A stretch of 58,973 bases of DNA from Betaproteobacteria bacterium (GTDB taxonomy: Bacteria > Pseudomonadota > Gammaproteobacteria > Burkholderiales > SG8-39), in contig JANNTQ010000026.1 of assembly GCA_031394435.1 (NCBI GenBank), positions 1 to 58,973 of the forward strand. Direction: 5' to 3'. Numbering within the stretch: position 1 is the stretch's first letter; every line of letters begins with the position of its first letter. This document shows, in pieces, positions 41,952 to 50,614 of this stretch. The notes beneath the pieces were generated by a model. The model ran no database searches. It was given only the letters and a program-made list of their open reading frames with translations, and was not told the origin of the DNA. The position numbers were made by a program, and so were the translations under genes.

Positions 41952-42511
41952 GCGTCAAATCCGACAAGTGGATCCGCCGCATGGCGGCGCAGGGCATGAT
42001 CGAGCCGTTCGAGGCCGGGCAGGTGAAGGAGGTCGCCGGCAGGCGCGTGGTGTCCTACGGCACCTCCAGTTACGGCTACGACATCCGCTGTTCGGAGGAA
42101 TTCAAGATCTTCACCAACATCAACTCGACCATCGTCGATCCGAAGGACTTCGACGCCAAGTCTTTCGTCGATTTCAAGGGCGAGGTGTGCATCATCCCGC
42201 CCAATTCCTTTGCGCTCGCGCGCACCGTGGAGTTCTTCCGCATCCCGCGCAGCGTGCTCACCATCTGCCTGGGCAAGTCCACCTACGCGCGCTGCGGCAT
42301 CATCGTCAACGTGACACCGCTCGAGCCCGAGTGGCAGGGCCATGTGACCCTGGAGTTCTCCAACACCACGCCGCTGCCGGCCAAGATCTACGCCGGCGAA
42401 GGCTGCGCGCAGGTGATCTTCCTCGAGTCCGACGAGATCTGTGAGACCTCCTACCGTGACCGCGGCGGCAAGTACCAGGGCCAGCGCGGCGTCACCTTGC
42501 CGCGCATCTGA
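41948..42511 (+). CDS. dcd: dCTP deaminase
   Basis: [14 protein letters not shown] and the [13 protein letters not shown] region. The ATG overlaps the apbC stop (ATGA). Confidence 0.93.
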   Translation: MSVKSDKWIRRMAAQGMIEPFEAGQVKEVAGRRVVSYGTSSYGYDIRCSEEFKIFTNINSTIVDPKDFDAKSFVDFKGEVCIIPPNSFALARTVEFFRIPRSVLTICLGKSTYARCGIIVNVTPLEPEWQGHVTLEFSNTTPLPAKIYAGEGCAQVIFLESDEICETSYRDRGGKYQGQRGVTLPRI

Positions 42512-42621
42512 CCTACAAGTATTAGTGGTTCGGCGGGTTAGCGTTCCTACCTATAGTGGTTTCTCAGAGTCGGCGGCCCGCTGCTCCCAGTGTGGCGCCG
42601 CAGGATTCCCTCACAAAGCCC

Positions 42622-42649
42622 TTGACTGCCGGGGGGTCATCCCTATAAT
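42622..42649 (+). promoter_or_regulatory. Near-consensus sigma70 promoter (TTGACT - 16 nt - TATAAT)
   Basis: Hexamers were read directly at 42622-42627 and 42644-42649. About 140 nt upstream of the decarboxylase start. Confidence 0.55.
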
Positions 42650-42682
42650 CGCCCCAGGAATTCGCTGTCGGCTCAACGAACT

Positions 42683-42772
42683 ATGAAGAAAGGGGAGGTC
42701 AGCGTGATGACAAGCCAAAGGAACTCGTGCCCGGTGTACGACGTCGTGGTTCGCGACATCCCTGAGACCTAG
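42683..42772 (+). CDS. Candidate leader peptide (uORF) upstream of the decarboxylase gene
   Basis: MKKGEVSVMTSQRNSCPVYDVVVRDIPET*. A strong SD, GGGGAGG (42692-42698), precedes the in-frame GTG 42704 and ATG 42707, so a 21-22 aa version is more likely. The stop lies 20 nt before the decarboxylase ATG and next to its SD. Confidence 0.3.
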   Translation: MKKGEVSVMTSQRNSCPVYDVVVRDIPET

Positions 42773-42792
42773 AGACACCCGGGAGAACATTG

Positions 42793-43998
42793 ATGGGCGA
42801 TAGCCCCAGTAGCCTCGTACGCAACAGACAGCAGTCCTCGCTTGCGCAAGAACAGCTCTTCGACACCCATCCCGAAGTCAGCCTCGACTTCGAGATCGTC
42901 CGCCAGGCGGCACGGCAGAAATACACGCGGCCGTTCCTGATCATCGATACCGCCATCGTGCGCGAAAAGCTGCGCCGCTTCCGCGCGGCCATGCCACGCG
43001 TGCGGCCGCATTACGCGGTGAAGGCTAATCCCGACCGGCGCGTGGTGAAGGCGCTGGCGCAGGAGGGCGCGGGCTTCGAGATCGCCTCGACCACCGAGCT
43101 CGACCTGCTGCTGTCCCTCGGCGTGCCCGCTGCGGAAGTGTTTTTCTCCAACCCGATGCGCTCGCGCGCGGCGGACGGCTACGCCGCGGCCAAGGGCATG
43201 CGCTGGTTCGTCGTCGACAGCGTGGACGAGCTGCGCCGCATGCACGGCGTGGATCCGACGGCACAGCTTTACCTGCGCATCGCCACCCCGAACATCGGCA
43301 GTGACTGGCCCCTGTCCGGCAAATTCGGCGCCGGCGCCGGCGATACGCGCGAGATCATCGCTACCGCTGCAAAGCTCGGCGCGGACCTCGCGGGGGTCAC
43401 CTTCCACGCCGGCTCACAGTGCCGCAACCCGGCGAATTGGCGCGTCGGCATCGAAAAGGCGCGCACCCTGTTCGACGCCATGGGCAAAGCCGGGCTCAAG
43501 CCGCGCCTGCTGGACATCGGCGGCGGCTTCCCTGTGCGCCACGTCAGGCCAATACCGGCGATCGAAGTGATCGGCGAGGTGGTAAACGAGGCGCTGAAGG
43601 TTTTCCCGGAGGACGTGCAGGTGATCGCCGAACCCGGCCGCTACCTGGTTTCGGACGCGGGATACTTCGTGTGCCGCGTACTCGGCACCGCCACGCGCGC
43701 CGGCAAGCGCTGGATGCACTGGGATGCCGGCCTGTTCGGCGGCGTGATCGAAACCACCGAGGGGCTGAAATACAAGATCCGCTCCGACCGTTCGGGGCCT
43801 GACGTCGCCTGGAACGTCGCCGGCCCGACCTGCGATTCGGTGGACGTGGTGATGCGGGACGAGCCGCTGCCTTCGGACCTGCAAGAGGGCGATTTCATCT
43901 ATCTGCGCAACGCCGGCGCCTACACCACGGCCTACGCCAGCGAGTTCAACGGCTTCCCGCTGCCGGAAGTCCGGGTGTTCGAGTCGAAGCCGAAGTAG
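42793..43998 (+). CDS. Type III (alanine-racemase-fold) PLP-dependent decarboxylase, ornithine/lysine/arginine decarboxylase family (eukaryote-type ODC-like)
   Basis: HYAVKAN (PLP Lys), FEIAS, DIGGGFP and the CDS..D active-site Cys region (GPTCDSVD). GGGAGAA RBS. ATG at 42793. Confidence 0.85.
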   Translation: MGDSPSSLVRNRQQSSLAQEQLFDTHPEVSLDFEIVRQAARQKYTRPFLIIDTAIVREKLRRFRAAMPRVRPHYAVKANPDRRVVKALAQEGAGFEIASTTELDLLLSLGVPAAEVFFSNPMRSRAADGYAAAKGMRWFVVDSVDELRRMHGVDPTAQLYLRIATPNIGSDWPLSGKFGAGAGDTREIIATAAKLGADLAGVTFHAGSQCRNPANWRVGIEKARTLFDAMGKAGLKPRLLDIGGGFPVRHVRPIPAIEVIGEVVNEALKVFPEDVQVIAEPGRYLVSDAGYFVCRVLGTATRAGKRWMHWDAGLFGGVIETTEGLKYKIRSDRSGPDVAWNVAGPTCDSVDVVMRDEPLPSDLQEGDFIYLRNAGAYTTAYASEFNGFPLPEVRVFESKPK

Positions 43999-44019
43999 GG
44001 TGGGCCTTGGCGCACCATC

Positions 44020-44038
44020 GGTGGGCTGCTAGCCCACC
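44020..44038. terminator. Hairpin GGTGGGCT-GCT-AGCCCACC between convergent decarboxylase and folA genes
   Basis: 8-bp perfect stem read directly. An upstream copy of GGGTGGGC (43998-44005) could form an alternative pairing. No T-run. Confidence 0.4.
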
Positions 44039-44548
44039 CTACGCTTTCTCGTACAGCACGAAATCGAACCGCAGGCCGTCGGCACCGGTGTGCGGTTGTC
44101 TTTGCGTCTCGCGCCAGGCCGCGCGGTCGTAAACCGGAAAGCGCGCGTCCCCGGCGTAGTCGCCTTGAATCTCGGTCAGCACCAGTCCGTCGGCAACTGA
44201 CAACGCCTCGGCATAGAGTTCGCTGCCGCCGATGACGAACACCTTCGACTCGCCCGCGCAGAGCGCTAGCGCCCCCTCGAGGGACGAGGCAACACCGGCG
44301 CCAGGCGCCTCATAGCCGGGCGCGCGCGTTACGACGATGTTCTCACGGCCGGGTAGCGCTTTGCCCAGCGACTCCCAGGTCTTGCGTCCCATGACCACGG
44401 GGTGGCCCAGCGTGAGCGACTTGAAATGCTTCAGGTCCTCCGGCAGGTGCCAGGGCAACTTGCCGTTAGAGCCGATGACGCCATTGGCCGCCACGGCCGC
44501 GACTAAATACACACGCGGCCCTGCCGGCTCGTTTGCGGCCTGTGACAT
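44039..44548 (-). CDS. folA: Dihydrofolate reductase
   Basis: LVAAVAANGVIGSNGKLPW, GRKTWESL and a VIGG-type motif (VFVIGGSELY). Confidence 0.92.
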   Translation of the reverse strand: MSQAANEPAGPRVYLVAAVAANGVIGSNGKLPWHLPEDLKHFKSLTLGHPVVMGRKTWESLGKALPGRENIVVTRAPGYEAPGAGVASSLEGALALCAGESKVFVIGGSELYAEALSVADGLVLTEIQGDYAGDARFPVYDRAAWRETQRQPHTGADGLRFDFVLYEKA

Positions 44549-44589
44549 ATGGCTCGTCCTTGCATTGTCTTACGTGAGATTATAGGGAC

Positions 44590-46071
44590 ATGGCACCTCA
44601 GGACACCTCCCCGAGGGCGGCCCTGCGTTTTCCGCGTTCCTTCCTCGGCTTGCTGGTGACGGGATTCCTGCTCGTCGCAGCGCCGCTAGCCGGCGCGTTG
44701 CTCTACTCGGCGTGGAATACGCAGCACCTGGCGGAGCAGAGCCGCAGCGCGGTGTACAACGCGGCGCAGGCTGCCCGCGGCAGCCGCGAACTGGTCAACC
44801 GCGTCGGCTCGATCGAGCGGCTGGCGCAGCAGGTCGCGCTGCTGCCCGACGCCGAGCTGCTGCAGGATTACGAGCGGCTGCACCTCGGATTCAAGCAACT
44901 GGCGCAAGAGCTCGCGCGCCTGCCGCTCGACGCCACGCAGCTCGCCGCACTTCGCCGCACCATGGGCGAGGAGCAGTCCCTCTACGAGGTCCTCGCCCCG
45001 AACGCGGCCTTGCCGCCCGACGCACGCGCCGTGGCGGCTCGGGTGGCCGAGCTTGCCGAGAGCGCGCACGAAGTGCTGGCGATCAGCTATCGCGTGGCCG
45101 ACGGCGAAGTCGAGCGGCTGCGCGCCGCCGCGGAGGGCGTGCAGCGCCGGCTGCTGCAACTGGTGCTTGCCACCATCGCGGTGGCGCTCATCATCGCGCT
45201 GGCGCTGACGCGCGTCATCGCGCGCCCGATCGCCGAGCTCGACGCTTCCATCCGCCAGCTCGGCGGCGCCGACTTCGCTCAGCCGATACGCGTCAGCGGG
45301 CCGCAGGATCTGCGCGACCTCGGCGAACGCCTGGACTGGCTGCGGCGCCGGCTGACCGAACTGGAGGCGCAGAAGAACCGATTTCTGCGCCATCTGTCGC
45401 ATGAACTCAAGACGCCGCTTGCCTCGCTGCGCGAGGGCGCGGAATTGCTCAACGACCAGGTCGCTGGCCCGCTTGCGCCGTCGCAGCGCGCAGTGGTCGG
45501 CATCATTCGCGACAACAGCGTGAAGCTGCAGAAGCTGATCGAGGAACTGCTGGACTACCAGCGCGCGATGCACGCTGCCGCTTCGCTCGAGGTGCAGCCG
45601 GTGCGGCTCGACGCGCTGGTGCGCGAGGTGGCCGAGGCGCACCGGCTGTCCGCGCTCGCCAAGGAGCAGCGCGTGGCGCTGGAGTTGGCACCGCTGGCGG
45701 TGGACGCCGACCCGGAGAAGCTGCGCTCGATCGTCGACAACCTGCTCGGCAACGCTATCAAGTTCACGCCGCGCGGCGGCAGCATCTCGGTGCTGGCGCG
45801 AGAGGCCGACGGCCGCGTCACTATCGAGGTGATCGACTCCGGCCCGGGCGTCCCGCTCGAGGAGCGCGAGGCGGTGTTCGAGTCCTTTTTCCGCGGCCGC
45901 GCCAAGGCCGGCGGGCGCGTGGCAGGCAGCGGGCTGGGCCTGGCCATCGCGCGCGAGTTTGCCGAGGCGCATGGCGGGCGCATTTCTCTGGTGGCGGGTG
46001 GGCCGGGCGGGCATTTTCGCGTCATCCTGCCCAAGCGGCCGGAGCCTCTGATGCTGGCGGAGGCGGCATGA
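44590..46071 (+). CDS. Two-component sensor histidine kinase (2 TM, HAMP, HisKA, HATPase); QseE/GlrK-like by context
   Basis: H-box LSHELKTPLASL. N box NLLGNAIKFT. G boxes DSGPGV and GSGLGLAIA. Confidence 0.88.
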   Translation: MAPQDTSPRAALRFPRSFLGLLVTGFLLVAAPLAGALLYSAWNTQHLAEQSRSAVYNAAQAARGSRELVNRVGSIERLAQQVALLPDAELLQDYERLHLGFKQLAQELARLPLDATQLAALRRTMGEEQSLYEVLAPNAALPPDARAVAARVAELAESAHEVLAISYRVADGEVERLRAAAEGVQRRLLQLVLATIAVALIIALALTRVIARPIAELDASIRQLGGADFAQPIRVSGPQDLRDLGERLDWLRRRLTELEAQKNRFLRHLSHELKTPLASLREGAELLNDQVAGPLAPSQRAVVGIIRDNSVKLQKLIEELLDYQRAMHAAASLEVQPVRLDALVREVAEAHRLSALAKEQRVALELAPLAVDADPEKLRSIVDNLLGNAIKFTPRGGSISVLAREADGRVTIEVIDSGPGVPLEEREAVFESFFRGRAKAGGRVAGSGLGLAIAREFAEAHGGRISLVAGGPGGHFRVILPKRPEPLMLAEAA

Positions 46072-46610
46072 GGCTGCTCGCGCTTCTGATGTTGCTCCTG
46101 CTGGTGGGCTGCACGGGGTTGCGGCCAGGTGCCGGCGAAGCGGTGCAGATGCGCGAGGTTGTCGGCGCGGCGGTGACCGCGTTGCGCGCTGCGACCGAGG
46201 AGCAGCGCCGGCAGCTCAACCACGCCCAACAGCAGTTCGCTGCGGTACAGGATGACCTGAACCGCGTACGCCTCGCGGCGCTGCTGGCGACGCTGCCGGC
46301 GCCATTGCGCGACGACGTGCGCGCCGCGGCATTGCTCGAGCCGCTGGCGGCGCGCCGCCCGGAAACGCCGCTCGTGCAGTTCGCCGGACTGCTTGCGGCC
46401 GGTGCGGCGGAGCGCCAGAAACTCACGCGCGACCTGCGCGCGACGGAGAAGCGCGAAGAGGAACTCACACGCGACCTGCGCGCCGCGGAGCGGCGCGAAG
46501 AGGCGGCGGACGAGCGTGCCAGCACCTTGCGCCAGCAGATGGATGCGCTCAAATCGATCGAGCGCGGCATCCTCGAGCGCGAGGAGCGGCGCCGTGCAAC
46601 GAACAGGTGA
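46068..46610 (+). CDS. Coiled-coil lipoprotein, QseG/YfhG-like by position and C-terminal motif
   Basis: Lipobox LLLVGC. Internal tandem LTRDLRA(T/A)E(K/R)REE repeat. The C-terminal LKSIERGILERE resembles the LTDIERQLS of E. coli QseG, as I recall it. ATGA overlap with the kinase stop. Confidence 0.65.
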   Translation: MRLLALLMLLLLVGCTGLRPGAGEAVQMREVVGAAVTALRAATEEQRRQLNHAQQQFAAVQDDLNRVRLAALLATLPAPLRDDVRAAALLEPLAARRPETPLVQFAGLLAAGAAERQKLTRDLRATEKREEELTRDLRAAERREEAADERASTLRQQMDALKSIERGILEREERRRATNR

Positions 46611-46614
46611 ACCC

Positions 46615-47973
46615 ATGAACCACGAAGCCCCCTCCATCCTGCTGGTCGACGACGATCGCGATCTGCTGCAGTTGATTTCGATGCGACTGAACGCTGCCGG
46701 TTACCGCGTGACCGCGGTCGAGTCGGCCGATGCGGCGCTGGCGAGTCTATCGGTGCAGCGGCCGCAACTGGTGATCACCGACTTGCGCATGCACGGCATG
46801 GACGGCTTGGGCTTGTTCGACGCCATCCATCGCCAGGCGCCCTCCCTGCCGGTGGTGATCCTGACCGCGCACGGCACGATCCCGGACGCGGTGGCAGCGA
46901 CGCGCCGCGGCGTGTTCAGTTTCCTCACCAAGCCCTTCGAGCCAAAGGTACTGCTGGAAACGGTCGCCAGCGCGCTGCGCCTGTCGAGCGAGCCGAGCGG
47001 CTACGACGAGTACTGGCGCGCCGAGATCATCACGCGCTCGGCATCCATGGAGGCACTGCTCGGCCAGGCGCAGCGCGTGGCGGCCTCGGACGCCAGCGTG
47101 TGCATCTTCGGCGCAAGTGGCACCGGCAAGGAGCTGTTGGCGCGCGCCATCCATCGCGCCAGCCGCCGCAGCGGGGCTCCCTTTGTCGCCATCAACTGCG
47201 GAGCAATTCCCGAGGGCCTGCTCGAGTCCGAATTGTTCGGGCACAAGAAGGGCTCATTCACCGGCGCGATCCAGGACCGCCGCGGCCTGTTCCAGGCCGC
47301 AGAAGGCGGCACGCTGTTCCTCGATGAGGTCGGCGACATGCCGCCGGCGCTGCAGGTGAAATTGCTGCGTACACTCGAGCACCACGTGGTGCGCCCAGTG
47401 GGCTCCAACGATGACGTGACAGTGGACGTGCGCATCATCTCCGCCACCCACCGCAAACTCGAGGAGCGCATTGCCAGCGGGGAATTCCGCGAAGACCTTT
47501 ACTACCGCCTTAACGTGGTGAAGCTCGAACTGCCGGCGCTGGCACAACGGCGCGAGGACGTGCCCTTGCTTGCCGGGCATTTTCTCTCGCGCCTCGCGCA
47601 ACGCTACGGCCGGCCGCGCCTTGGTATCTCCCCGGAGGCGATGGAACTGCTGGTGTCGGCGGCCTGGCCGGGCAACGTACGCCAGTTGCTCAACGTCGTG
47701 GAGCGCGCAGTCGCGCTTACCGCGACCGAGGTGATTCCGGCCTCGCTTGTGCGCCAGGCGCTGGATGCAGGTGCCGGCTCCCTCACGCCGCTGGACGAAG
47801 CGCGCCGCGCTTTCGAGCGCGAATACCTGGTGCGCATCCTCAAGATCACCGGCGGCGGCGTCACGCAGGCCGCGCGCCTTGCAGGCCGCAACCGCACGGA
47901 GTTCTACCGTCTGCTGGAGCGCCATGCCCTCGAGCCAGCGATGTTCAAGGCCAAAGTCGCCGCTGAGTCCTGA
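46615..47973 (+). CDS. Sigma54-dependent response regulator (REC - AAA+ - Fis-type HTH), QseF/GlrR-like
   Basis: REC (LLVDDD...VITDLRMHGMDG...KP). Walker A GASGTGKE. GSFTGA loop. ESELFGH. C-terminal HTH (VTQAARLAGRNRTEFYRLL). Confidence 0.92.
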   Translation: MNHEAPSILLVDDDRDLLQLISMRLNAAGYRVTAVESADAALASLSVQRPQLVITDLRMHGMDGLGLFDAIHRQAPSLPVVILTAHGTIPDAVAATRRGVFSFLTKPFEPKVLLETVASALRLSSEPSGYDEYWRAEIITRSASMEALLGQAQRVAASDASVCIFGASGTGKELLARAIHRASRRSGAPFVAINCGAIPEGLLESELFGHKKGSFTGAIQDRRGLFQAAEGGTLFLDEVGDMPPALQVKLLRTLEHHVVRPVGSNDDVTVDVRIISATHRKLEERIASGEFREDLYYRLNVVKLELPALAQRREDVPLLAGHFLSRLAQRYGRPRLGISPEAMELLVSAAWPGNVRQLLNVVERAVALTATEVIPASLVRQALDAGAGSLTPLDEARRAFEREYLVRILKITGGGVTQAARLAGRNRTEFYRLLERHALEPAMFKAKVAAES

Positions 47974-47975
47974 GC

Positions 47976-48025
47976 GTCGCTTCCCGGCGACAGCAAATCC
48001 TGCGCTCGGTCAGTCGCTTGGCGAC
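47976..48025. promoter_or_regulatory. Repeated GTCGC...GCGAC palindromes (candidate enhancer/UAS for the sigma54 activator)
   Basis: GTCGC-TTCCCG-GCGAC (47976-47991) and GTCGC-TTG-GCGAC (48013-48025), read directly. A third, looser copy lies near 48041-48056. Confidence 0.3.
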
Positions 48026-48101
48026 AACGTGCATTCGTTCGTCGCCGCGGGGAGACGATTTTGCCGTTTCCGGCTGCGCCAATTCGGTCACGAAGATCCC
48101 T

Positions 48102-48114
48102 CAAGCCATTGATT
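48102..48114 (-). promoter_or_regulatory. IHF-like site (AATCAATGGCTTG matches WATCAANNNNTTR)
   Basis: Minus-strand reading of caagccattgatt. Positioned between the palindromes and the -24/-12 element. Confidence 0.3.
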
Positions 48115-48133
48115 TCGCTAACACGCTGCTGCA

Positions 48134-48148
48134 TGGCACGGCAGTTGC
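48134..48148 (+). promoter_or_regulatory. Sigma54 (-24/-12) promoter TGGCAC-N5-TTGC
   Basis: TGGCACGGCAGTTGCA was read directly and is a full match to the RpoN consensus core. About 25 nt upstream of the 48173 ATG. Confidence 0.7.
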
Positions 48149-48172
48149 AAGAGAGTAAGAGAGTGTCAACCG

Positions 48173-48499
48173 ATGGAACAGACCAAGACCAAGTTCGAGA
48201 TCCCGGTCCTAGCGCAAGCGCTGGCCGGATTCGCCATCAGCGCCTGTGTGCTGATCGGCATTGGCGGCTCCATCTATAAATTGATCGCGCCGGAAGGCTG
48301 GTTCGTGCAGGCCTTCGGACACAGTTTCGGCCTTGGCGCGGCCCTGCTTGCCGCGCTGCTTGGCGCCGCTGCGGTAGTTTGGGCGCTGCCGGGTTGGGTG
48401 CCTACGCAGCGCGCGCGCATCTCGGATGTGGTGGTCTACGGATTTGCATCGGCCGGAATACTGTATCTCGGCCAGTTTCTGGTGTCCGGGGGTTTCTAG
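48173..48499 (+). CDS. Small (108 aa) integral membrane protein, about 3 TM helices, unknown function
   Basis: Hydrophobic segments (LAGFAISACVLIGIGG; LGAALLAALLGAAAVVWAL; VVVYGFASAGILYLGQFLV). Bracketed by the sigma54 promoter and an intrinsic terminator. Confidence 0.65.
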   Translation: MEQTKTKFEIPVLAQALAGFAISACVLIGIGGSIYKLIAPEGWFVQAFGHSFGLGAALLAALLGAAAVVWALPGWVPTQRARISDVVVYGFASAGILYLGQFLVSGGF

Positions 48500-48536
48500 G
48501 GCTCCCGCCAACGCCAGCACCGCAGCTGCTCCCCCG

Positions 48537-48576
48537 GGCCCGCCGTTTCCCCCCTACAGGCGGGCCTTCTTTTTTT
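48537..48576 (+). terminator. Rho-independent terminator
   Basis: GGCCCGCC (48537-48544) pairs with GGCGGGCC (48559-48566), followed by TTCTTTTTTT. It overlaps the stop codon of the convergent thyA. Confidence 0.7.
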
Positions 48577-49387
48577 ACACCGCGATCGGCGCCTTGATGG
48601 CTGGATGCGGGTCGTAGCCCTCGAGCGCAAAGTCCTCGTAGCTGAAGCCAAATACGTCCTGCACCTTGGCATCGAGCCGCAGGCGTGGGAACGGCCGCGG
48701 CGCGCGCGCGATCTGCTCGCGCGCCTGCTCGAGGTGATTGAGATAAAGGTGCGCGTCGCCAAGCGTGAGCACGAATTCGCCCGGCGCCAGGCCGGTGACC
48801 TGAGCGATGATCAGCGTCAGCAGCGCGTAGGACGCGATGTTGAACGGCACGCCGAGGAACAGGTCCGCGCTCCTTTGGTACATCTGGCAGGATAGCCGCC
48901 CGTCGGCGACGTAGAACTGGAACAGGGCGTGGCAGGGCGGCAGCGCCATCTTGTCCACGTCGGCCGGGTTCCAGGCGGTGACCAGGTGGCGCCGGGAGTC
49001 CGGCCGCGCCCGGATCTGCTCTACCACCTGGCGCAGTTGGTCGATTTCGCGGCCGTCGGGCGTACGCCAGTGGCGCCACTGGTAGCCGTAGACCGGGCCG
49101 AGTTCGCCTTTCGCATCGGCCCACTCATCCCAGATGCTGACGCCGTGCTGCTGCAGCCAGCGCACGTTGGTGTCTCCGCGCAGGAACCACAACAGCTCGT
49201 AGATGATTGACTTGAGGTGCAACTTCTTGGTGGTGAGCAGCGGAAAGCTCTGCGCCAGCGCAAAGCGCATCTGCCGCCCGAACACCGAGCGCGTGCCTGT
49301 TCCGGTGCGATCGGACTTGAGCGCGCCGTCCGCCAGCACTTGCGCCAGCAGATCGAGGTATTGCTGTTCGCCGGAATTGAGGCTCAT
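48575..49387 (-). CDS. thyA: Thymidylate synthase
   Basis: [23 protein letters not shown], and ALPPCH with the catalytic Cys. C-terminal IAV. The ATG at 49387 overlaps the upstream kinase stop (ATGA). Confidence 0.93.
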   Translation of the reverse strand: MSLNSGEQQYLDLLAQVLADGALKSDRTGTGTRSVFGRQMRFALAQSFPLLTTKKLHLKSIIYELLWFLRGDTNVRWLQQHGVSIWDEWADAKGELGPVYGYQWRHWRTPDGREIDQLRQVVEQIRARPDSRRHLVTAWNPADVDKMALPPCHALFQFYVADGRLSCQMYQRSADLFLGVPFNIASYALLTLIIAQVTGLAPGEFVLTLGDAHLYLNHLEQAREQIARAPRPFPRLRLDAKVQDVFGFSYEDFALEGYDPHPAIKAPIAV

Positions 49388-50589
49388 ATCGCGATCATCG
49401 CAAACAGCTCGCGCGCGCTCTGGAAGCGCTCGTCCGGATTCTTTGCCAACAGCCGGTCCATGGTCGACTGGTAGCCGGCGAGCCGCGTCGGCATGCTCGG
49501 CATCGGGCCGTGCACGTGCTGATACACCATTCCGGCCGGACCCTCCGCCTCGTACAGTCTGCGGCCGGTGAGCATCTCGTAGAAGATCACGCCCAGGCTG
49601 TAGAGGTCCGAGCGGTGGTCCGCCGGCTTGCCCAGGCACTGCTCCGGGCTCATGTAGCGCGGCGTGGCGATTACCTCGCCGTGGCGCGTGAGGGTCGTGT
49701 GCGCGCTGACGCTTTTTGCGAGGCCGAAGTCGACCAGCACCGGCCTGTCGCTTTCGCGGAACAGGATGTTCTGCGGCTTGAGGTCGCGGTGGATCACGCC
49801 GCGCGAGTGGATGGCGTCGAGCGCGCGCGCGATCTGCGACGTGATGCGCAGCGCTTCGCGCGACGTCAGCCCCTCGTGGATGCGCGCGGCGAGCGTGCCG
49901 CCCGACAGGTATTCCATGGCGATGTACGGATGCTCGCCGGCGAAGCCATGGTCGTAGATCTGCGCGACGTGCTCGTTGTGCAGGCCCGAGATCAGCCGGA
50001 ACTCCTGGGCGAAGCGCTTGCGGAATGTCTCGTCCTCGCGCAGCTTGGGATCGAGTACTTTGAGAACCAGCAGCAGGCCGTCCCGCACGCGCTCAGCGAG
50101 ATACACCTGCGCCATGCCGCCCTCGCCGATCTTGCGCAGGTTGCGGTAGCCCGGAATCAGCGACTCGCCGCCCTCGCCCTGCGCGCCGGCGCGGCGCGGC
50201 ACGGGCCCGCGCCGCGCATCGCTCTCGCGCACGGCATCCTCGACCGAGCGCACCAGGACTTCACCGACCAGCCCGGCCTTGCGCACGAAATCCGCCGCGC
50301 CCGCTTTCAATCCCATGATCGCCAGGCTTTCGGCGCGGCTATCTGCCAGCAAGAGTACCGGCGCTACGTCCGGCTCGCGCAGCACGTCGGCCATCCAGCT
50401 CAGGGCGCCGGCGTCCGCCGGATCGAGATCGATCAGCACTGCGGTGTAGCGGTCGCGCTGCGGCGCGGGCGGGCGGCCGCGCTCGCGCGGATCCCACTCC
50501 TCGATTTCCGCGACCGGCCAGCGTGCGTGCAGCATGCCGGCGACCGCGCTGCGGAACTCGCGGGATTCGTCCACGATGAGGAATCGCAT
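49384..50589 (-). CDS. Receiver(REC)-like domain fused to a Hanks-type Ser/Thr protein kinase
   Basis: N-terminal ~120 aa: [12 protein letters not shown] ... AVLIDLD ... VLLLADS ... DFVRK, which has REC topology with an acidic pocket and Lys. Kinase: [29 protein letters not shown] and SPEQ. Confidence 0.85.
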   Translation of the reverse strand: MRFLIVDESREFRSAVAGMLHARWPVAEIEEWDPRERGRPPAPQRDRYTAVLIDLDPADAGALSWMADVLREPDVAPVLLLADSRAESLAIMGLKAGAADFVRKAGLVGEVLVRSVEDAVRESDARRGPVPRRAGAQGEGGESLIPGYRNLRKIGEGGMAQVYLAERVRDGLLLVLKVLDPKLREDETFRKRFAQEFRLISGLHNEHVAQIYDHGFAGEHPYIAMEYLSGGTLAARIHEGLTSREALRITSQIARALDAIHSRGVIHRDLKPQNILFRESDRPVLVDFGLAKSVSAHTTLTRHGEVIATPRYMSPEQCLGKPADHRSDLYSLGVIFYEMLTGRRLYEAEGPAGMVYQHVHGPMPSMPTRLAGYQSTMDRLLAKNPDERFQSARELFAMIAI

Positions 50590-50614
50590 AGGGCCTGCGT
50601 GGTAGGATTTTCGC

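Noticed and set aside
42441-42686. 81-aa ORF overlapping the dcd 3' end and the intergenic region
   Set aside because: It starts inside dcd in another frame and runs across the TTGACT/TATAAT promoter. It has no RBS and no motifs.
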